DNA of 64,000 nt from Pseudomonadota bacterium (GTDB lineage Bacteria; Pseudomonadota; Gammaproteobacteria; Pseudomonadales; Halieaceae). Below, one piece after another: positions 19,305-29,008 of the stretch. Position 1 is the stretch's first letter; each line of letters opens with the position of its first letter. The notes below the pieces were generated by a model. That model ran no database searches and had not been told where the DNA came from. It saw nothing but the letters and a program-made list of their open reading frames with translations. The position numbers were made by a program, and so were the translations under genes. The DNA lies in the NCBI GenBank assembly GCA_039815155.1, contig JBCBZV010000008.1:1081-65080 (forward strand), given 5' to 3'.

Positions 19305-19813
19305 GCGGCCTTGCCCGAATATTTCTTGGTGTCGGCAGTAACATCGATCCGGCGCACAATATCCCGGCTGGTTTGGATGCACTGCGAGCTTTGTTTGGGC
19401 ATATCGAGTGCTCAAATGTCTACCAGAGCGACGCTGTGGGCTTTACCGGATCGCCCTTCTGGAACCTCGTTATCACCTGTCAAAGTGAGCTAACCGTGGG
19501 CGCTTTACAGCGGGCACTGCGGCAGATCGAGTTCGACTTTGGACGACCGAAGAATGCGTCCCGATACAGTGATCGTCACCTAGACATCGATATCCTACTG
19601 GTCGGAGATTTGACCGGTACTGTCGATGGCGTAGAGCTTCCGCGCGGCGAGATTCTGGAACAGGCATTTGTACTGCGCCCGCTGGCCGAACTTGCGCCAA
19701 AGCTGATACATCCTCTGAGAGCCTGTGCTATCGAAGCGCTGTGGCGGGAGTTCGACCAAGAGCAGCAACGATTGCTACCCGTTAATCTGGGTCAGCTTCT
19801 TGCTGTGATGTGA
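19301..19813 (+). CDS. folK: HPPK
   Basis: LGVGSNI, F.N, R.LDIDIL, FVLRPLAELAP. Confidence 0.93.
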   Translation: MSGLARIFLGVGSNIDPAHNIPAGLDALRALFGHIECSNVYQSDAVGFTGSPFWNLVITCQSELTVGALQRALRQIEFDFGRPKNASRYSDRHLDIDILLVGDLTGTVDGVELPRGEILEQAFVLRPLAELAPKLIHPLRACAIEALWREFDQEQQRLLPVNLGQLLAVM

Positions 19814-19881
19814 GTTGGAGAGGGCAGCGTAAGCGGCGTAAGCATGAGGTAGCGCGTATAAACGGACGCTTGAATCCGGCC

Positions 19882-19965
19882 CAGCTATACCAATAGCTAT
19901 ACCCACAACTATACCAATGACTACACCAACAGCTACGCCGGCGACCACACCAGCAACTACGCCAA
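19882..19965 (+). repeat. 7 x 12-bp degenerate tandem repeat (consensus CARCTAYACCAA)
   Basis: cagctataccaa tagctataccca caactataccaa tgactacaccaa cagctacgccgg cgaccacaccag caactacgccaa, between convergent folK and cca. Confidence 0.85.
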
Positions 19966-20029
19966 AAAGTAATCTAACTAGGAGGCCGCCTTATCTCCAG
20001 CTCCGTTGACGGCTCGGTAAGGAGAACTC

Positions 20030-21289
20030 TTAGGTCCCTGATCCTTCTTTAGCTTTGAATCTTTCCAAGGCATCTATGCGCTCTGATCTGATCGCTTTGC
20101 CCAGCGCGACTCCCTGGGGCTTTTTATCCTCATCGAGGAACTTCAGGAGAACGGAGGCGGCATCCACCGCGCCTGCTTTCGCTGCTGCCCTGCGTAGAAA
20201 ATCGGCTTGCAGGTAGTCGATGTCTTCATAGCCGGCACGACCCCGCGAATCTGCCTCGCAACAGGCTAAAAACAGTTCAAACTTGTCTTGTCCTTTGAGC
20301 GCACCGGCCTTTTCGAGCAGTGCGAGTAGCTCGCTGGCGTCGAGATCTAACGCGCGGTGGCTGTCTAAGTGATGCTCGCAGGTAAGTTCCGCCAATTGCT
20401 GAAACCGTTTGGGCACCGCCAGCCGATGACAGAGGGCTTTTACTAGTGGGAGTCCGGCGAGTTCGTGACCCTTATGGGATGGCAGCTGTCGCTTTGGTGT
20501 GACCCCTTTACCAAGATCATGCGTTAGTGCCGCAAAGCCGACGACGCTGTTGCGCGCAAGTTCTGCCGCGCGTCGCAGCACAAGCAAAAGATGGCTGCCA
20601 ACGTCTCCCTCTGGATGGTGTTTTACGCTTTGAGGAAGGCCGAACAGCACATCTACCTCAGGCATTAACTTCTTCAAAGCACCGCACTCATGCAGAACCT
20701 GAATGTAGGCATCTGGCCGAGACTCACTCAAGGCGCGTTCCGTCTCCACCCAGATCCGTTCTTTCGGAATTGTGGTGAGCTCATCGGTTGCAGAGATTTC
20801 TTTCATAAGCGCCATAGTTTCTTCTGCGACCTTGAAACCTAAATGCGCATAGCGAGCGGCAAAGCGCGCTACGCGAAGGACGCGAAGCGGGTCTTCTGTG
20901 AACGCCCCCGATACATGTCTTAGTATCCTATCTTTCAGATCCTTCCGGCCGCCGTAGGGATCGATAAGGTTTTCGCTAAGGTCTAGCGCCATAGCGTTAA
21001 TAGTCAGATCGCGACGCAGTAGGTCTTCCTCCAATGTGACGTCGGAGGCGAAGTGCGTTTCGAAACCGGTATAGCCGGGGCCAGATTTTCGCTCAGTGCG
21101 AGCGAGAGCGTATTCCTCTTTACTCGTGGGATGGAGAAACACGGGGAAGTCTTTGCCCACCTGCGTGTAGCCCAGCTTACGGAGTTCCTCGGGGCTGGAG
21201 CCGATCACCACCCAATCTTTCTCTTTAAAGGGATAGTTGAGCAGCGTATCGCGAACTGCACCGCCGACGAGATAGCACTCTAAGGGCAT
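20030..21289 (-). CDS. cca: Multifunctional CCA tRNA nucleotidyltransferase with HD domain
   Basis: YLVGGAVRD, VGKDFPVFLHP, RRDLTINA, HHPEGD, HDLGKG. Confidence 0.97.
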   Translation of the reverse strand: MPLECYLVGGAVRDTLLNYPFKEKDWVVIGSSPEELRKLGYTQVGKDFPVFLHPTSKEEYALARTERKSGPGYTGFETHFASDVTLEEDLLRRDLTINAMALDLSENLIDPYGGRKDLKDRILRHVSGAFTEDPLRVLRVARFAARYAHLGFKVAEETMALMKEISATDELTTIPKERIWVETERALSESRPDAYIQVLHECGALKKLMPEVDVLFGLPQSVKHHPEGDVGSHLLLVLRRAAELARNSVVGFAALTHDLGKGVTPKRQLPSHKGHELAGLPLVKALCHRLAVPKRFQQLAELTCEHHLDSHRALDLDASELLALLEKAGALKGQDKFELFLACCEADSRGRAGYEDIDYLQADFLRRAAAKAGAVDAASVLLKFLDEDKKPQGVALGKAIRSERIDALERFKAKEGSGT

Positions 21290-21291
21290 GC

Positions 21292-22149
21292 TCAGCGGGA
21301 GCAGGGTTCTATCACCCGCTCTCCAGTCTCTAGGCAATAAAGCGTCATCGCGTTACCCCATACGCATCCCGTATCCAAAGCGATAGCGGTCGCCGAGCCG
21401 GTGACGCCACCCAGCGCCGCCCAATGACCAAAAATCACTTTGTGATTGGCGGCTTTCCGGTCCGCGTGCTGGAACCAAGGGGCAAACTGTTCGCTACCAC
21501 TGCGTTCGGTGTCAGTTTCGCTTTCGTGTCCACCGTTTTCTTCCGCGTGATCGGTGGGAGCACCCTTACTTTGCAAATCAAGGCGTCCTTGCGAGCTGCA
21601 AAAGCGCATCCGGGTCAGATAGTTGGTAATGACTCGCAAACGCTCCATGCCTCGCAGGTCGTCAGACCAGAGATCCGGTTCGTTTCCATACATCGCTTCA
21701 TAAAAGTCGATTCGCTGTGGTCCTCGCAATACGGCCTCTACTTCGCGCGCGCGCTGCTCGGCCTCATACACGCTCCACTGAGGTGGGATGCCTGCATGCA
21801 CCAGGGTGAACTCACCCTCCCGCAACAGCAGTGGTTGCTGCTCAAGCCAGCAGAGCATCTCATTTCTGTCCTCGGCCGCGAGTATTTCGCCGAGCGTATC
21901 GGACTTACCCATTGGCCTCGTGCCCGCAGCAATAGCGAGTAGATGAAGATCGTGGTTGCCCAGCACAACACGCACATTGTCTCGGTGCTTGTAGAAAAAT
22001 CTCAATGATTTAAGGCAGCTGGGGCCGCGGTTGATCAAATCTCCGGTTGACCACAACAGGTCGCGATCCCAGCTGAAGTTAACGCGCTTCAGCAGTCGCT
22101 TCAGCGGTTTCCTGCAGCCTTGCACATCTCCGACTACCCAAGTGGCCAT
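21292..22149 (-). CDS. apaH: Symmetrical bis(5'-nucleosyl)-tetraphosphatase
   Basis: GDVQGC, GDLINRGP, LGNHD, FGHWAAL, LDTGCVWG. Confidence 0.97.
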   Translation of the reverse strand: MATWVVGDVQGCRKPLKRLLKRVNFSWDRDLLWSTGDLINRGPSCLKSLRFFYKHRDNVRVVLGNHDLHLLAIAAGTRPMGKSDTLGEILAAEDRNEMLCWLEQQPLLLREGEFTLVHAGIPPQWSVYEAEQRAREVEAVLRGPQRIDFYEAMYGNEPDLWSDDLRGMERLRVITNYLTRMRFCSSQGRLDLQSKGAPTDHAEENGGHESETDTERSGSEQFAPWFQHADRKAANHKVIFGHWAALGGVTGSATAIALDTGCVWGNAMTLYCLETGERVIEPCSR

Positions 22150-22166
22150 AGCAGATCGCCGCCAGC

Positions 22167-22586
22167 TCAGTTGAGCGAGGTGGGTGTGTGGAGGGTAAAG
22201 GCTGGAATTTCCACGTCGAAGCTCGACTGTTCGCGGGTCTCACCACCGGTGTCTTCCGAGTAGGGAATCATTGTGTATTCTCCGCGCATATAGCCAACCG
22301 GTGTCGCCAAAGTGGCTCCGCTCGAGTAGCGAAAGAACCTTCCTGGTCTGATGACCGGTTGTTCACCTACAACTCCCTCACCTCGAACATCTTGGACCTC
22401 CTCGTTGCCATCGGTGATCACCCAGTGGCGAGAAAGGAGCTGTACGGAGACGTCGCCGGCATTCGAAATGGTAATCGTATAGGCGAAGGTATACTCGCTG
22501 TTCTCCGGATGAGAGAAACGAGGTAAGAAAGTGACCTGCGAAGCCACTCGAATAAGCGCCGGATTTATTGCTGTCAGGTCGACCAT
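22167..22586 (-). CDS. apaG: ApaG protein
   Basis: FAYTITI.N, QLLSRHW.ITD, GEGVVGEQP, TPVG.M.G. Confidence 0.97.
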   Translation of the reverse strand: MVDLTAINPALIRVASQVTFLPRFSHPENSEYTFAYTITISNAGDVSVQLLSRHWVITDGNEEVQDVRGEGVVGEQPVIRPGRFFRYSSGATLATPVGYMRGEYTMIPYSEDTGGETREQSSFDVEIPAFTLHTPTSLN

Positions 22587-22598
22587 ATCGTCTGGCCA

Positions 22599-23399
22599 TT
22601 ATGCTCTAGTGCCGGTTCTGAGCGCGAGCTTAGCAAAGTCATCGACATCTAAGGTCTCCGCTCGGGCACCTGGATCCACGCCCTGCGCCTGGATCAGGTT
22701 CTCCGTAAGGATGCCCTTTAGGTTGTTGCGCAGGGTTTTTCTGCGCTGAGCGAACGCGGCTTGCACTAGTTTTTCTATGTGTTGCAGTTCCTCTGCTGTG
22801 TGCTTTAGTACCTGGTTAGGCGTCAGCCGAACAATTGCCGACTTTACTTTCGGTGCTGGACTGAAGGCGCTTGGGGGCACTTCAAACAGCATTTCTGTCG
22901 CGCAGCGCAGCTGGCACATGATCCCCAGACGTCCCCAGTGTTTGCTTCCTGGTTTGGCGGTCAAGCGCTGGACGACTTCGAGTTGCAGCATAAAGTGCAT
23001 ATCTTGGATGGCTTGGTACTGATCTAGTAGATGGAAGATCAGTGGGGTCGAAATGTTGTAAGGCAGGTTACCCACGACACGCAGACGTGTCTCGTTACTG
23101 GCAAGGCTAGAAAAGTCGAACTTCAGCGCGTCTGCTTTATGCAGCGAAAAATTCTCATAGATCGAAAATGCCGCAAGCAACGGCGTCGCGAGATCCCTAT
23201 CTAGCTCGATCGCATCCAAGCGGCAGCCGCTGGGGAGTAACTCGCGCGTTAGGGCTCCCAATCCGGGGCCTATTTCAACCAGATGCTCCGTTGCCTGCGG
23301 ACGGATCGCATCTTCGATTGCACTGATGACGCTTGGATCCGTCAAAAAGTTCTGGCCAAAGCGTTTGCGAGCTTGATGTTTGGGAGGGCTCTGCTTCAT
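22599..23399 (-). CDS. rsmA: 16S rRNA dimethyladenosine transferase RsmA/KsgA
   Basis: RKRFGQNFL, EIGPGLG, VGNLPYNIS, RRKTLRN. An alternative ATG lies at 23408. Confidence 0.98.
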   Translation of the reverse strand: MKQSPPKHQARKRFGQNFLTDPSVISAIEDAIRPQATEHLVEIGPGLGALTRELLPSGCRLDAIELDRDLATPLLAAFSIYENFSLHKADALKFDFSSLASNETRLRVVGNLPYNISTPLIFHLLDQYQAIQDMHFMLQLEVVQRLTAKPGSKHWGRLGIMCQLRCATEMLFEVPPSAFSPAPKVKSAIVRLTPNQVLKHTAEELQHIEKLVQAAFAQRRKTLRNNLKGILTENLIQAQGVDPGARAETLDVDDFAKLALRTGTRA

Positions 23400-23537
23400 C
23401 GTCCGCATTCTAGCTTGTGCGTTGCTCCTCTCCCATCGCTAGAAATGCGGATGCACATTAGTGCTAACCCAGCAAACCGTCGCTGGACGCGCTCGCCTCG
23501 CTTGCCTACGATGCGCAGCATTCTCTAGGCGGACCGC

Positions 23538-24323
23538 GTGAACCTACAATCCTTCTATCGCTACTTTTCCTTGGTCGATATTCAAGCTCGAATGTCGCTG
23601 CGAGCCGATGCATCTCGGATGTATCTGGGCTATTTGTGGTGGACCTTGGAACCACTGCTCTATGTTGCGGTGTTTTATCTTGTGTTTGACGTCATCCTGA
23701 GCAGCGGGCGAGCCGATTTTCTGCTTTTCCTAGCCTGCGGCAAGCTCCCCTTCATGTGGTTTTCTGGGAGTGTCAATACGGCTTCGAACGCGATGCTTAA
23801 CGCCAAAGGCCTGATTGGCCAGTCTCGTCTTCCGAAGGTCTTGTTTCCGCTTGCTCGTGTTCAAGAAGGGCTTTATCGCCAGGCGACGGTGTTCTGTGTA
23901 CTTATACTTTTGCTCTTACTTTCAGGCGTGGCTCCGGGCGCCAGTTGGCTTTGGCTCTTCCCCATTATGCTCGTTCAGTATTTGATCATCGTACCCTGCG
24001 CTATTTTCGCAGCACTGCTGGTTTGCATAGCGCGAGACTTCATGCGAGTTGTATCGCTTGGTACGGTGTTTTTACTGTTCGTGTCGGGCATCTTCTGGGA
24101 TGTGCGCGATGTCGCGTCCGTGCAGACGCAGCAGCTGATACTCACGGTAAATCCCCTAGCTTTCATTCTCGATGCTTACCGGCAGGCGCTGCTCTACGGG
24201 GTTGCTCCAGATGGTATTCATCTTCTCGTTCTCGGCGCTGTCGGACTACTCGCGTCGGTTTTAATGATGAAATTAGTGAGCCGTCTCGACCAGTGGATAG
24301 CACTGCGGGTGTTGTCTTCATGA
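23538..24323 (+). CDS. ABC-2 type polysaccharide export permease (Wzm/KpsM-like)
   Basis: LGYLWW.LEPL, about six hydrophobic segments, NPL..I.D.YR. Confidence 0.88.
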   Translation: MNLQSFYRYFSLVDIQARMSLRADASRMYLGYLWWTLEPLLYVAVFYLVFDVILSSGRADFLLFLACGKLPFMWFSGSVNTASNAMLNAKGLIGQSRLPKVLFPLARVQEGLYRQATVFCVLILLLLLSGVAPGASWLWLFPIMLVQYLIIVPCAIFAALLVCIARDFMRVVSLGTVFLLFVSGIFWDVRDVASVQTQQLILTVNPLAFILDAYRQALLYGVAPDGIHLLVLGAVGLLASVLMMKLVSRLDQWIALRVLSS

Positions 24324-25066
24324 GCGAGACTGCGCTACAGCTTGCAAACGACGGGGCGGTGCTTTCTTTGCGCTCGGTCGATCTGGATTTTCATCGACGA
24401 ACAGGCTTGCTCGGCTCCGTGCCCGTGCCGATTTTACAGCGGGTTGATCTTGATCTTCTCAGAGGTGAAACGCTTGGCGTTATCGGCTTAAACGGTTGTG
24501 GTAAGAGCAGCTTGATGCGCGTGCTGGCGGGCATCTTGGCGCCTACCCGTGGGAGTATTGCACTGCGCCAGGGAACCACTCGCGCTGTGCTTGCTTTGGG
24601 CCTCGGTTTTCGGCCCGAGCTGACGGGGCGGGATAACGCTCTTCTTAGTGCGATGCTTCAAGGATGCTCCCGCGAGCAAGCCGAGGGCTACTTAGATGCG
24701 ATTCTTGATTTTTCCGAATTGAACGAATATTTCGAGCAACCGGTAAGCACCTATTCTTCGGGTATGCGCTCGAGGCTCGGGTTTTCTACCGCCTTGATTA
24801 GTCAGGTCGATATCCTGTTCATAGATGAGGTACTTGCAGTAGGAGACGCGTCTTTCCGACAAAAAGCTTCCGCAGCGATTAAGGAAAAGATCCGGGGTGA
24901 GCAAACGGTGGTGTTGGTCTCACATAATTTGCAAGAAGTAGAAGAGCTTTGCGATCGCGTGGCTTTGATACATGCAGGTCGCTTGATGGAGCTGGGTCCT
25001 ACGCTAGAGGTTACTGACAGTTACCGGAAACTTTTAAACGATCTGGCGCGATCCAGATCCACCTAA
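24320..25066 (+). CDS. Polysaccharide export ATPase (Wzt/KpsT-like), no C-terminal sugar-binding domain
   Basis: GLNGCGKS, LTGRDN, YSSGM, IDEVLAVGD; ATGA overlap with the permease. Confidence 0.92.
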   Translation: MSETALQLANDGAVLSLRSVDLDFHRRTGLLGSVPVPILQRVDLDLLRGETLGVIGLNGCGKSSLMRVLAGILAPTRGSIALRQGTTRAVLALGLGFRPELTGRDNALLSAMLQGCSREQAEGYLDAILDFSELNEYFEQPVSTYSSGMRSRLGFSTALISQVDILFIDEVLAVGDASFRQKASAAIKEKIRGEQTVVLVSHNLQEVEELCDRVALIHAGRLMELGPTLEVTDSYRKLLNDLARSRST

Positions 25067-25127
25067 GCCAAACCCACCTAAGCCAGATCCAACTACGCAA
25101 GGCCCACCTAAGCCAGGCAAGCCTAAG
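25053..25127 (+). repeat. 5 x 15-bp degenerate tandem repeat (consensus CCARAYCCACCTAAG)
   Basis: ccagatccacctaag ccaaacccacctaag ccagatccaactacg caaggcccacctaag ccaggcaagcctaag; spans both convergent stop codons. Confidence 0.85.
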
Positions 25128-26400
25128 TTGAACCGGATTTTCTGATGGAACCTGCATTGTCTTCGTCCGCTTTACCGTCGATAGCTTGCTGGTACACGGG
25201 ACTCATCAGCTCTGCACAGCGACTGACGGTAAAGTGCTCCAGGAAACGTCGCCGGCCCTGTTTTCCGAGGGTGTTACGGAGCGCGCGGTCTTCCATTAAA
25301 AGTTGGATCTTATGCGCTAGGTCCTGCGCGTCCCCGGCGCGTGCGACCAAACCAGCGTTGGGCGCATCCACCACCCATTGCATGCCCGATCCCTCGACAT
25401 TGGTCACTACGCACGCGACTTGCGCGCGCATGGCTTCTAACAAGACCACGCCGAATGCTTCGGTTCGCTCTATGGACGACATGCACAGAATGTCACAACT
25501 AGCGTAGCGTGCGACGAGATCCTCATCCGAGCATGAGTGAACAAAGTTCACGCGACCGCCAAGAGCAAGATCTGCTGCGAGCTCTTTGAGCTGATCGCGA
25601 AAGTCACCGTCCCCCACGAGGGTAAGACGAACTTCTGGAAGCAACTGCATTGCACGAAGTAAATCGAAAAAGCCTTTGTAGTAGGTTAGCCGGCCGACGG
25701 CTAACACACTGACGCTGTCTCCTGCCGCCGAATCGTCATTGTCGAGATTACTAGAGGGCTCACTCAAATTATGATTGCTAATGTCCTCAATCCCTAGCGG
25801 GACAACGGTGCATTTTTGTCGAACGGTGAGGAGTGGTTTGCTGCTCTGAAGGTAAGGTGGAGACGTAGCGACGATTCGTCGCGCGCGCCGCAGGAGAGCC
25901 CGCTCCGGGAATCGATAGAGCTGATACAGCAAGCGAAGTTTCGCGCTGTGCGGCGAAGTGACTACATCGGAATGCCAATGTACTACCCAGGGTAGCCGTC
26001 GAGCTGCGGGTAGTAACATACAAAAGAATGCCGACGGATTCGGCATGTGAATATGCAAAACATCCGGTTTGAATTCCTTAATTAGCGCCGCGAGACGCAG
26101 CGGGTAGCTTGGGCTTACCGGGGCAAACGCGACGGTGAACCAACGGCCTGCCAGATCAAGCGAGAGTCGCTGGCCTCTCCATTCAATGCTCTTTTGCTCG
26201 CTGAAAAATCGCTTCTCGCCGCTGTGGACTAGCGTCGCCACAATCAAGCCCTGGCGTTGCTGTTCCGCGACAAGACTTCGAAGAAACGTTTCCATGCCGC
26301 CACGAAAGGGAGGGAAAAATTTTCCCAAATGCAAAATACGTTTTGGCTCGGCTGGTTTATCGGTCATCGCGCTGACAAGCCTTCGGAGCCGCTTCTCCAA
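25123..26400 (-). CDS. Glycosyltransferase family 4 (GT-B)
   Basis: HLGKFFPPFRGGME, VGRLTYYKG, EAFGVVLLEAM. Confidence 0.92.
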   Translation of the reverse strand: MEKRLRRLVSAMTDKPAEPKRILHLGKFFPPFRGGMETFLRSLVAEQQRQGLIVATLVHSGEKRFFSEQKSIEWRGQRLSLDLAGRWFTVAFAPVSPSYPLRLAALIKEFKPDVLHIHMPNPSAFFCMLLPAARRLPWVVHWHSDVVTSPHSAKLRLLYQLYRFPERALLRRARRIVATSPPYLQSSKPLLTVRQKCTVVPLGIEDISNHNLSEPSSNLDNDDSAAGDSVSVLAVGRLTYYKGFFDLLRAMQLLPEVRLTLVGDGDFRDQLKELAADLALGGRVNFVHSCSDEDLVARYASCDILCMSSIERTEAFGVVLLEAMRAQVACVVTNVEGSGMQWVVDAPNAGLVARAGDAQDLAHKIQLLMEDRALRNTLGKQGRRRFLEHFTVSRCAELMSPVYQQAIDGKADEDNAGSIRKSGST

Positions 26401-28975
26401 CAGGCGCGATCAGAAAGGCGCTTTGGTCTTCCCAAATTAGCTCGCTCAGTGAGCCCATGCGCCGGTTCCAGCTAACTAGAACTTCCCCAGAGCCAACAGC
26501 ATCCTCCCCCTGTACGCCGTAGCGCAGTTTCAGAACAAGCGCCTGATTTGCAATTCCAGGGGGTGCGGTATTCGCTATCGATTCATGAGCATAGGCTGCG
26601 GCTGGCAGCGCATGGTACTTCGCTCGCAAGAGCTGAAAACGCATGTCCTTTTCTGAATCGGCTGCGATCAGCATGCGTTTGTTTAAGTCTGAGTCTGCAT
26701 TACAGGTTGCGCGATCGACGGCGGCTGCAGTGAGTTTATCGTCGCCAAATTCAAGCGGTGCGGAACCGGCGAGGTCATAGGCGTCAAGCGTTTGGGACGC
26801 AAGGGCAGTCCGCGTTACAAGCCACCGTAAGTCCAAGCAAAGCCAGCAGATCAGAGCAAAGAAGATCAGTGACGTCGATCTTTGTGTTACAGGAAGGAGA
26901 GAAGTAGCAGGTAAAAACCTGATAGAGATCGCTACTAGAAAAAATCCAGCTAGAAACACGGGCAGCGGTAACAGACCGCTTATATTGCCCGCCGGAAGCC
27001 AATGTACCGAGCGTTGAGACCAGGGCGTAACAAACCTCCAATCCTGCCACACTTTGGTCGCTAGGCCGGCAAGGGTCTTACTTGCGAGACTAAATTCCTC
27101 AAGTACGACAGTCCCGTCATCATCGTAAAAAACAAAACCCAACTCGCTGATCGCGCCTTTCCAAAACTCCGATGAGCTTAGATCCTGCAGGCTGTGTCCA
27201 AGGCCATCGATGGTAACGCTATACAAATCTCCATCGCTTTGTAATCGCCAAAAGAACGTGAACTCTCTTCGATTTGAGCCCCGAGTCTTCAGGCTTAGCA
27301 GCTTTAATCTATCCGCATCTAGACTTATAGGACCTGAGCTCAGCAGGGCTATATTGTTGTCATAGCGAGTGACTTGCAGTGCGTTGCTTGCTTCCCGTTC
27401 ACCGCGTCCGGCGCCGACCATCACGTTCATGGCCCGTCCTTCTCGTTGAAACGAGGGGGCATCTACCGAATCGCTTTTGCTGTACAGATAGATCAGGCTG
27501 AGGATAGACGCGCCAACGACGCTCAGTAAGAATAAGCGAGTCGTTGCTTTGGCGGCTATAACATTGGCATCAGAATGCGTTGCAGCCGTCTGTTGCAGAA
27601 AAATCGCGAGTAGTACCGCAGGTGCGAAGTGTAGCGGTAGCCGATTAATCGCGGTCCAGTCATCAGCCCATGCACCCTGTTCTGTGAAAAAGAAAATCGT
27701 AATCTGCGCGGCACTGGCGATGAGCAAGAAGCTCAAAAACACGAAGGAGGATCGCTGTTTCAGCTGGAAACTCGAGGAAACAACAGCGACAACTGTGCCG
27801 AACCAAAGAAGATGCCAGCTTCCACCAAGAAAAAAGTTGCTCAGGTAATCATCACCTAGCGTATAGCTTTGGAGAGCGTAGCTACCAATTAAGGGTACGA
27901 AGAGACGACCATCGACCACTCCCGCGGTTCCGAGGACAGGGAGATCGACCGATTGCAAGCCGAGCAAGAAAAGGCTGATCACGAGTAGCAAAACAAGTAG
28001 TGAGGCTGCCGCAACCAGCTTAGGCTTAGAGGTAAAGGCAAAGAGGATCACGGCGGCCAGGGCCCAGACAGTGCCCTCAACTTTGACCTGAGCTCCGCAT
28101 CCGATAAGCAGCAGCCCCAATAAGGAAAGCATCGTGCTTCGCTGCATTTGGCCGCTGCAAAGCGCAGCGAAGCCGAGACCGCAGAAGCCAGCCATCCAGA
28201 TGTCCGCCTGCCCCGCAAGGGAAAGGTGCGCTCCGATCAGCGGCAGGGAGAGTAAAAGATAGGCCAGCACTGTTGCTACTAGGCAACTAAGGCCAGCCTG
28301 CCGCGCTAAGCCAAACACCCCTAGCGCTAAGGCAGTTCCACAGGCCAGGTAGGGTAAATTGACTAAGGTTTCGCTCCATTGGCCCAGAGCGACCGAGAAC
28401 CAAAGCGCAGTCGTGGGTAAGAATACCGGGTAGTGCGCTCCGGCGACTGCATACTTGCTGTTAATCTCGCCGCGCGCCCAAGCTGTCACGTCGTCCATGA
28501 CGGAGACTTCACCTGATAGATACCAGGCTTTAGCCCGATACATCCAATGGTGCCAGGCATCCCACGGAAAGACGGGTCTGTGCAGAACTTCGATTGTGGT
28601 GAGTGCCAGGTGAAGGCCTATCAGGCCAATCACTATCCAAAGCAATAAGGGCTGTTTGCCAGCTAAGGGTGGATCGATTTGCGCGGTCTGCGACTCTTGC
28701 GCAGTCCAGGAACAGGACCGCTGCGTCCACCAGAGCATGCCGGCGCAGCTTCCCAGAGTTGCGCAGGTGGCTAACACCGCGGCTGGCAGATCAAGAAATC
28801 GCGCCGCGTACGCAAACAGGCAGTAGTGAACAAAAAGACCGAGAAATAAACCCAGTCCCAGCGACATAGCCGGATGCGATTGAACGCGTCCAAGCCTGCA
28901 GAGCTTTTCAATCAGAAGTGAACCGGCGAGCCACGCGATAAGCAGGGCGGAGATTGCGTAGGCAACTCCCAGCAT
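26357..28975 (-). CDS. Large polytopic membrane protein, GT-C-like, with extracytoplasmic C-terminal domains
   Basis: Many hydrophobic segments; PVFPWDAWHHWMYRAKAWY first loop, HYP and AD motifs resembling ArnT/PMT-like GT-C proteins; GGAAG RBS. Confidence 0.6.
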   Translation of the reverse strand: MLGVAYAISALLIAWLAGSLLIEKLCRLGRVQSHPAMSLGLGLFLGLFVHYCLFAYAARFLDLPAAVLATCATLGSCAGMLWWTQRSCSWTAQESQTAQIDPPLAGKQPLLLWIVIGLIGLHLALTTIEVLHRPVFPWDAWHHWMYRAKAWYLSGEVSVMDDVTAWARGEINSKYAVAGAHYPVFLPTTALWFSVALGQWSETLVNLPYLACGTALALGVFGLARQAGLSCLVATVLAYLLLSLPLIGAHLSLAGQADIWMAGFCGLGFAALCSGQMQRSTMLSLLGLLLIGCGAQVKVEGTVWALAAVILFAFTSKPKLVAAASLLVLLLVISLFLLGLQSVDLPVLGTAGVVDGRLFVPLIGSYALQSYTLGDDYLSNFFLGGSWHLLWFGTVVAVVSSSFQLKQRSSFVFLSFLLIASAAQITIFFFTEQGAWADDWTAINRLPLHFAPAVLLAIFLQQTAATHSDANVIAAKATTRLFLLSVVGASILSLIYLYSKSDSVDAPSFQREGRAMNVMVGAGRGEREASNALQVTRYDNNIALLSSGPISLDADRLKLLSLKTRGSNRREFTFFWRLQSDGDLYSVTIDGLGHSLQDLSSSEFWKGAISELGFVFYDDDGTVVLEEFSLASKTLAGLATKVWQDWRFVTPWSQRSVHWLPAGNISGLLPLPVFLAGFFLVAISIRFLPATSLLPVTQRSTSLIFFALICWLCLDLRWLVTRTALASQTLDAYDLAGSAPLEFGDDKLTAAAVDRATCNADSDLNKRMLIAADSEKDMRFQLLRAKYHALPAAAYAHESIANTAPPGIANQALVLKLRYGVQGEDAVGSGEVLVSWNRRMGSLSELIWEDQSAFLIAPVGEAAPKACQRDDR

Positions 28976-29008
28976 TTACTTCCTCTTAAGTGCATTTTTT
29001 GCAAGCAC

